64,000 nucleotides of DNA from Octopus vulgaris (Eukaryota), in the NCBI GenBank assembly GCA_951406725.2, contig OX597821.1, positions 103,478,001 to 103,542,000 on the forward strand, read 5' to 3'. Under the pieces are notes generated by a model. The model was not told the origin of the DNA. It was given only the letters and a program-made list of their open reading frames with translations, and searched no databases. Position 1 is the stretch's first letter. Each line of letters opens with the position of its first letter. Of this stretch, positions 55,790-64,000 are shown piece by piece. The position numbers and the translations under genes are program-made.

Positions 55790-56165
55790 TCATCATTATA
55801 GACACTGCTCCAGACATCAGCTTCGTCATCTTCCTCGCCTTCGTCAGTATAGCTGTCGGCATTATCAGCATTCTCATAATCATCATAATCATCAGCATCA
55901 TCATCATCATCATCTTCAGCGTCGACATCAACGTCATCATTGTCTTCATCGTATTCATCGCCATCAGCATCGTTGCTGTCGTCGGCGACGGCGTTGTGAT
56001 CATTGTTATTTTCACCGTAATCGTCAACGACGCCTTCGTCATCATCATCATCATCATCGTAATTGGCGTCGGCGTCGTCATCATCAAAAGCATCATAATG
56101 ATCGTCATCTTTGCCATTATTGTCGACATCTATATTATCATCACGAACGTCAATCTTCATTGTCT
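55790..56165. repeat. Degenerate (CAT/CGT)n trinucleotide tract
   Basis: Gives poly-D, poly-H, poly-M and poly-I ORFs in four frames. Confidence 0.85.
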
Positions 56166-57548
56166 GCGTCTGATTTGGTTTTAAATTCAAGAGAAGCAAT
56201 ATGACGCGTAGGTGTAAATACGCAAATAAATACTTCAGACAAATTACTATGCTAAACAAAGAAACAACTGCATTTCAAAATTCCAGAATAAAAAATGGTT
56301 AAGGTGCAATGAATTTAAGAATCCCTTCTCTTGAGGATCTTTGAGGGTTAAAGACCAGGCAAAAATGTTGCAAATTTGCATCGATGAGAATATTTTGAAA
56401 ATCTTGTGTAACCGGTGTAACAGTCATCCTCTCAAGACAAGCCCCATCGATGCAATTCATAATGGTGATGAGTCTCAGTTGGATTACGAATGTTAATTCG
56501 AAGGAAAGAGAGACACAATACAAAAAAATATCTCTTCTCTTAGTCAAGGCCAATTAAAAAAAAAAAAGAGGAAAGCATTGGTTTGGTTCGGAAGAAAACG
56601 CTGTGTCCTGAGATCGATGTGACAAAGGTTTCGCTTCAAGTGTTGCAAAAACCGAACCGTTAGAGACTATATACTCTCGGCAATTGAAATTATCGATCTC
56701 TCCCGTTGCCCATTACAGTAAACCACCGACCACCAAATGATGATCAATCATTCCATTACCTTGACTGGGGAACTTGCTCCCTTTAAATGATGTATAGCGA
56801 TTGAATGGCTTCACAGTTATAACTTAAAACGTTTCTTCGTTTGGCTATAAAAGTTTACAGTTAGGTATTACATACGTACTTACATACACACATGCATGAA
56901 TACACAAATGCATATATATATACACAGATACATAAATACAGACGTACGTGCATGCATGCATACATAAGTGTGCGTGCATATTCGCATTTCTTATACATAT
57001 ATACATTATATATATATATATATTTATATATATATACATACATACATTTTATACGAGAGTGTGTGTATGATATATATGGAAGTATGTATATATATATATA
57101 TATATATCAATCTCTCTATATATGTATACACACACACATATATATAGGTATATATATATATGTGTGTATATATATATGTATGAGTGCGTGAGTGCGTGTA
57201 TGCGTGCGCGCGAGCGTGTGTGTTAGATGCATATGACGTCTTAGCTTATATAAATATATCTTGCTATTTTCTTCCCACAATAAGTCGAGATTAACCTGAC
57301 ACGTTTCACAACTAATTGGTTACTTATTAAAGATTGAGGAACACATATCCTTTGCTTTTACAAACTTAAATTAGAACTAAGCAGACCAATTTATTCCTGA
57401 ATGCTTTTTTTGCATTTACTAAAAATATAAGCTAATTGGTTTTTCTATGGTGAGTGAAAAATTATGTACTATATACAACTATATACACATCAGTCACACA
57501 CATACTTGCTTAGGTATACAGACACACGTGTGTGTGAGCATATATGTA

Positions 57549-57618
<70 letters not shown>

Positions 57619-57625
57619 TAGATAG

Positions 57626-57720
<95 letters not shown>

Positions 57721-57728
57721 ATAGATAG

Positions 57729-57783
<55 letters not shown>

Positions 57784-57843
57784 TATACCTATGTGTGTGC
57801 TTGTGTATGTGTTTGGATGTACATATCTATATATATATATATA

Positions 57844-59510
57844 TAAATTCCAAAACTTTCAACAAATTCGCAAAGGAAACAACAATACAATATAAAATAT
57901 GACCGTTGTTCCCAGGGAATGACTCATTGACCGCGGACCCAGGAAGTGTAAGTGAGATACTCAGTGAACAATTTAAAAGTGTCTTCACTTCCCGCCTTGG
58001 ACACATACAGATAAAAATCCCGGCTGAATTCCTTAATATTGCAGCTTTAAAAAGCGATGCGCCAAGCCTCGATCACATCAACATTGAGCAGGCAGATGTA
58101 ACAGCAGTCATTGATGAAATGAAACGAAGCTCCGCAACTGGTCCTGATAGCTTCCCATCTATTTTCCTGAAGTCATGTAAGCAGGCATTAGGGAAACCAC
58201 TTCAGATACTTTCCAAAGTTTCCTTGCAACTACCCAAAAAGCTAAAAGAAGGCAGTTTATGCCCTATTCACAAAGGTGAAAGCATAGCTGAGGCCCAAAA
58301 CTACAGGCCTATCTCTCTGACTTCACATGTCAGTAAAGTCATGGAACGAATCATCAGAAATAAGTTGATGATGTTCCTAGAAGAAAACGACTGACTGAGC
58401 AATACACAGCATGACTTTTAGCTAGGAAGAGCCTGCCTCACACAACACCTACAGCATTATGACTGGGTTTTGAAACAGCTGCTTGACCACTTTAGATGTC
58501 ATCGTGATATACCTTGACTTTGCAAAGGCATTTGATAAGGTAGATCATGGCATGATATGTCATAAATTACGAGAATTTGTCATTGTTGGTAAACTGGGAT
58601 AGTGGCTGCATGCCTTCCTTAAAGACAGAAGTCAGACAGTTGCAACCAATGGTTCCCTTTCTGAGGAAACTGAAATCCAAGCGGTGTCCCCAGGCAACTG
58701 TTTTGGGGCCACTACTGTTCGTAATAGCCTTCTAAGACATACCCACGGTCATTCAGACAGCCACTGTCACTAGCTATGCCGATGATACAAAATTATCTCA
58801 GGCAATAAAAGATCAAAATGAAATCTGAAATTTACAGTGGGACTTGAATTACATAGACAAGTGGGCCGAAATAAACAACATGCAGTTTAATGCTGGAAAA
58901 TTTCAAGTACCGCACTATCAACTTACGAATGCACTACAACATGCATATACAGGATCTGAAGGCATGACAATCCCAGAGTCACATGTAGTGAAAAAGCTTG
59001 GGGATCAGTAGGTGTAATGACGCATAATTTTATATGCAATTATGAAGATGGCAGCGATGTGCAGACAACTGGCAGGATGGATACTGAGGTCCTTCAAGAC
59101 AACAAACTATGTTGACCTTATGGAGGAAATTTGTTCTCAGCCGTCTGGACTACTGCTCCCAGTTATGGCCACCACATAGTTCCAAATTAACAGCAGATCT
59201 TGAATCAGTCCGACGCCACTATACTAAATCGAAGGGGACAGGCTTTCTCCGTCCGGGTTGCGGATCCGTGGAATAAGCTGCAGGACGAGATAGTGAAGAT
59301 GCCGACGACCGCTCGGTTCAAAGTCTCTCTTGACCAGAAATGGCCTGAACTCTTTGCATGAGCACCCTCCCTGTATATAACTCCATGTCCCCCTACATGG
59401 CCTTGCTTTTCGCTTTTCGAGCCCCCAAATTAACTTAACTTAACTTTAAAATATTGAAACAATGAAGCGGATGAGCTACAGGGATAGGCTGTGAAAACCG
59501 AATCTTTAAT
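57844..59510 (+). pseudogene. Decayed LINE ORF2 reverse transcriptase (CR1/L2 group)
   Basis: SATGPDSFP, YRPISLTSHVSKVMERII, DVIYLDFAKAFDKVDH (after a frameshift), GVP-G-VLGPLLF, SYADDTK and LDYCSQLW motifs, with many stops and frameshifts. Confidence 0.93.
59227..59445 (+). mobile_element. CR1-clade LINE 3' end nested in the older LINE
   Basis: RRGQAFSVRVADPWNKLQDEIVKMPTTARFKVSLDQKWPELFA* plus a (TTAAC)n tail. The host frame ESVRRHYTK resumes as NIETMKRMSYRDRL after it. Confidence 0.85.
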
Positions 59511-60230
59511 ACATAGCTACAAGCCTAAATATATATGTGCGTTTGTATGTGTGTGTATATAGTATATAGTATATATATATATATATGAAGCAAATACTGC
59601 AAACGTATGCACTTACGTATATTTCTGACGAATGATACCGTTGAAATCACTAAAAATGTTGAACACACTAAAAATGTTGAACACAAAAACCAAAAGAACA
59701 CACGAAAAGATTATAAAACGAATATAACAAAGAGTGAAATCAAAGCGTTGGTTGTGTCACGCACCTGCTTTGGCGAGACATCAATTCTATGCTTGACTGA
59801 TTTCCATATCCACAAACGTCGCCTTAAACTTTCCATGTAATCAAGCATGTCAACCAAGGAATATTTAACCATAGAACTTTCGACAGAGCGTGAAATACGT
59901 TAACATAAACTGCCTAACCTCTTCAAATACTGTTTTATTTACATACATACGTTCACGCACACTCACAGAGCCACATACATATGGCTATATCTATGTATAT
60001 ACATATGTACTTGTGTGTATATAATCGTAGTCATATTTATTCAAAAGAAATGTAGTTATTATTACAGGACCAACGTTCGCTTTTATCTCTATAACAAATT
60101 AATTTAGGAAAGAGCGACAATAGCAAAATAACAATAACGACAGTAAAAATGAAAAGAAAGATTGATAGTAGAAATGATAATAGGAGCAATATGAATACTA
60201 TCAAGCCTGATTAAATATGGTAGTACAATA

Positions 60231-60423
60231 TTGACGATAGTGACACAAAATGGCTGTTAGGATCGGTTGGTTGGTTGTTAGAAGATGACGGTGGCGATGG
60301 TGGTAGCGATAACGCTGGAGGTCGGAGAATCAAACAAAAAGAGAAAAAAACATCAATATTATATTAAAAAACAGGGCCTGGAAAAAATAAAGATGATGTC
60401 GATAAGGATAAATAAAGAAGAGA
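60231..60423. repeat. Unique-sequence segment duplicated in inverted orientation at 62188-62377
   Basis: ttgacgatagtgacacaaaatggctgtta...gatgtcgataaggataaataaagaagag and its reverse complement. Confidence 0.9.
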
Positions 60424-60806
60424 AATGATAATTAGGATGCCAGATAAGGCTAGTTGTATTAATTTAATAGTAACAAGAGGAAGGGTTATTGCATTGCATC
60501 GGAGACAACTGTTTTGGAGCTGCTAGAGAAGAAATGTTACTTGTGCACAAATAGCACTGGTAGTGATAATAGTGGAGTTAAATGATGGGTGGGGGGTGAC
60601 TAAAGAAATTATTGTGAACGCAGAAAATAGGGTCAGAAGAAAACATAAGTGCGGGAACTAAATTTACTTAGGGGGTGCAAAGAGTTTTCTTTGTCCTACA
60701 AAAAGTGTAGTGTTGCACTTACACACATCTTCCAGAGCCTATGAAGGAAATTTTCTGTCGCCTATGGACTGGGTGATGATTGTAAAGAACAAATCCGGTT
60801 ACACAG

Positions 60807-60837
<31 letters not shown>

Positions 60838-60839
<2 letters not shown>

Positions 60840-61122
60840 CGAGGAGTGGCTGTGGTAGTAGCTGCTAAACCACACGGTTGGGTTCGTCCACTGCGTGCAT
60901 CTTGGGCAAGTGTCTTCTGCTATAGCCCCGGGCCGACCAATGCCTTGTGAGGGATTTGGTAGACGGAAACTGAAAGAAGCCTGTCGTATATATGTATATG
61001 TATATGTATGCGTGTGTTTGTGTGTCTGTGTCTGTCCCCCTAGCATTGCTTGACAACCGATGCTGGTGTGTTTAGGTCCCCGTCACCTAGCGGTTCGGCA
61101 AAAAGAGACCGATAGAATAAGT
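60838..61122 (+). mobile_element. SINE family A (3'-truncated)
   Basis: Head and body match 38936. Confidence 0.9.
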
Positions 61123-61178
61123 ATATGGTGCTCATATATATATATATATATATGAGTGTGTGTGTGTGTGTATGTATG

Positions 61179-61219
<41 letters not shown>

Positions 61220-61534
61220 TTCGTTTTGGTATTTGACCCTCCCCAGACACAATAATATATACATATATCGTTGCTAATATGTTAAACTGTCGTATGTCCA
61301 AATTTGGTCGAATGCATTTTTGTTTTAATATTTATTTTTGCTTGCAATAGCCGGTTCTTTTGGTCAAACTATTGTAACTCCAGTTGCTTCAGATGCCGAG
61401 ATATCAAAAATTGTGGTAGTGTCGTACAACGGTTTTGCTATCGAATCGTGGAACTAGTTTTCGCTTTCTGAAAAAGCAACATTTTGTACTTACGACATTT
61501 TTGCATAAGAACAACGATATTTTTTATCTTCTGT

Positions 61535-62188
61535 TACTCTTTTACTTGTTTCAGTCATTTGACTGCGGCCATGCTGGTGCACCGCCTTTATAGTCGAGAA
61601 AAAAGAGCCCAAGACATTCTTTGTAAGCCTAGTACTTATCCTATCGGTCTCTTTTGCCGAACCGCTAAGTTACGGAGACGTAAGCACACCACCATCGGTT
61701 GTCAAGTGATGTTGGGGGGACAAACACAGACACACAAACTAATATATATTTCTTTACTACCCACAAGGGGCTAAACATAGAGGGGACAAACAAGGACAGA
61801 CAAAGGGATTAAGTCGATTACATCGACCCCAGTGCGTAACTGGTACTTAATTTATCGACCCCGAAAGGATGAAAGGCAAAGTCGACCTCGGTGGAATTTG
61901 AACCCAGAACACTTAACGGCAGACGAAATACGGCTACGCATTTCGCCCGACGTGCTAACGTTTCTGCCAGCTCGCCGCCTGTTGTTTTCTTTAATCTCCT
62001 TTCATACATATATATATATTTATGCATATATACGACGAGCTTCTTTCAGTTTCCGTCTACCAAATCCACTCACAAGGCTTTGGTCGGCCCGAGGCTTTAG
62101 TAGAAGACACTTGCCCAAGGTGCCACGCAGTGGGACTGAACCCGGAACCATATGGTTGGTAAGCAAACTACTTACCACACAGCCACTC
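61535..62188 (-). mobile_element. SINE family A with a family B SINE (61746-61980, minus) inserted in its internal microsatellite
   Basis: A tail at 61535-61740, a full B copy, then the A head at 62030-62188. Confidence 0.92.
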
Positions 62189-62480
62189 TCTTCTTTATTT
62201 ATCCTTATCGACATCATCTTTATTTTTTCCAAGCCCTCTTTTTAATATAACATTGATGTTTTTATTTTTTTTGTATGATTCTCCAACCCCAACGTTCTCG
62301 CTACCACCATCGCCACCGCCATCTTCTAACAACCAACCAGACGATCTTAACAGCCATTTTGTGTCACTATCGTCAATAAATATATATTTACACACACACA
62401 CATACAAACACACACACACATCTATATATATATATTTACACAAGTATTTTTACACCCTCACAAATACACACACACGCGCG

Positions 62481-62511
<31 letters not shown>

Positions 62512-62531
62512 ATTTATATGTAGAGTAGTGA

Positions 62532-62762
62532 AGGCGGCGAGCTGGCAGAAATGTTAGCACGCCGGGCGAAATGCTTAGCGGTATTTCGTCTGCGTTACGT
62601 TGTGAGTTCAAATTCCACCGAGGTCGACTTTGCTTTTCATCCTCTCGGGGTCGATAAATAAAATACCAGTTAAGCACTGGGGTCGATGTAATCGACTTAA
62701 TCCCTTTGTCTGTCCGTGTTTGTCCCCTCTATGTTTAGCCCCTTGTTGGCAATAAAGAAATA
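62532..62762 (+). mobile_element. SINE family B, young
   Basis: 17-bp TSD tatatgtagagtagtga at 62515-62531 and 62763-62779. Confidence 0.95.
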
Positions 62763-63054
62763 TATATGTAGAGTAGTGAGACCCAAAAAGTTTGCTGCAT
62801 TGTATCGGAGGTTTCAAGGTAAGTGTGGAGGTGCTGTTAGAGAAGAAATGTTAATAGGAAAGTACCGTTGATAGATAAATAGTTTAGCTTCTTACAATGC
62901 ATGACATGAAATGGATAATATTCGATGAACATGCTTTATCGTTCAATGTATGATATCCACTTTGTCCCTCATTGAAGCTGATGGAGATTTCGTTAAGATG
63001 ACCGCCGCTAAACAACTGAGAGTCTAGCAACGAACATAATACGATTATAAATTA

Positions 63055-63450
63055 CTAGCAGTATCGCCCGGCGTTGCTCGGGTTTGTAAGGGAAATAACT
63101 ATATAAGCATTTTTAGAGATGTAAAGTATAATAGCCATCTCAATATGGCTAACCACAAAGGGGGGTGTTACTGTAGCTTTTTACGCTCTGATATTTAATA
63201 ATAAATTTTTAGAGAGTTACTTCCCTTATATATGCCAAAAATGCATTAAAAATGGGAAAAATTGATGGTAAATTTTTTTTTTAAATCGTAGACTCATCGT
63301 AGACGCACGCTAGTACCCAGAAGGGCTCGATATGAATCACGACTATAAGATACCCGGTTTTGGTTAAACTGCACCGCAAAATGTGGGAGTAGTTAGGAAT
63401 CTAAATCGTAGGAGACAGACAGCACACAACCTCACTTTTATATATAAAGA
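63055..63450 (-). mobile_element. Non-autonomous Helitron
   Basis: Minus strand begins TCTTTATATATAAAA and ends with the hairpin cccgagcaacgccggg just before CTAG. It is inserted between A and T with no TSD. Confidence 0.88.
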
Positions 63451-63565
63451 TAAGGTGCATAGAATTCAGAAGGAACAATCCGTACTACACACGCACTTGT
63501 ATATGTGTGTGTATGTATATGTATGCATGTATGTGTAAATGTGTATGTGTGTGTATATATATATT

Positions 63566-63770
63566 TTCTTTTACTTGTTTCAGTTATTTGACTGCGGCTA
63601 TGCTGGAGCACCGCCATTAGTCGAACAAATCGACCCCCAGGAGTTATTCTTTTTAAGTGTAGTACTTACTCTATTGGTCTCTTTGCCGAAGCGCTAGGTT
63701 ACGGGGACGTAAACAACCAGCATCGGTGGTAAAACGAAGGTGGTGGGACAAACACAAACACACAAATACA
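63566..63770 (-). mobile_element. SINE family A, 3' portion
   Basis: ttacttgtttcagttatttgactgcggctatgctggagcaccgcc... Confidence 0.88.
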
Positions 63771-63818
63771 TACATACATACATACATACATACATACATA
63801 CATACATACATACATACA

Positions 63819-63849
<31 letters not shown>

Positions 63850-64000
63850 TAAATTCAACTTACGTTGAAAGTCAACAAACAAAGTTTATTTTAGAAGCGT
63901 TGAGATGTATTGAACAAGATAAGGAAATACTTTCATTTTCAAACGCAGGATAATGCTAATAATATAGCATGAACAGGATAAACTATCCATATTTTGCAGA

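Noticed and set aside
55768-56259. 163-aa acidic (poly-Asp) ORF
   Set aside because: Degenerate (GAT)n repeat open in four frames; no domain or convincing exon structure.
59615-59660. CTGACGA...GAAA motif
   Set aside because: Helix II is marginal and helix III does not form; at best a decayed PLE terminus.
61448-61490. Minus-strand gcttt/aaagc-GAAA-actagt-tc hammerhead half
   Set aside because: The CUGANGA box is unrecognisable.

Overview
AT-rich, repeat-saturated eukaryotic non-coding DNA, either intron or gene desert. The microsatellite load ((TA)n, (CA)n, (TACA)n, (TATC)n, (GA)n and trinucleotides) and the tRNA-derived SINE families look like an octopus or other coleoid cephalopod genome; this is recognition from memory, not a database result. 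I find no host protein-coding exon I can support, and almost all ORFs in the track are microsatellite read-throughs. The supportable content is: (1) about 35-40 copies of at least five SINE families, labelled A, B, C, D and F here; (2) non-LTR retrotransposon relics, namely a decayed RT pseudogene at 57.8-59.5 kb, two kinds of CR1-group 3' ends, a restriction-like-endonuclease (REL) element always embedded in (TACA)n, and a HERO-like 3' end; (3) Penelope-like element (PLE) relics (a GIY-YIG C-terminus and a probable RT fragment); (4) MITEs and a non-autonomous Helitron. The most striking unexplained signal is about a dozen minimal type-I hammerhead ribozyme motifs (CUGANGA...GAAA...NUH, with loopless or palindromic helix III). 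They sit in several short element families, mostly inserted in or beside (TA)n tracts. One CpG-rich unique island at about 31.05-31.3 kb has the layout of a TATA promoter and first exon.
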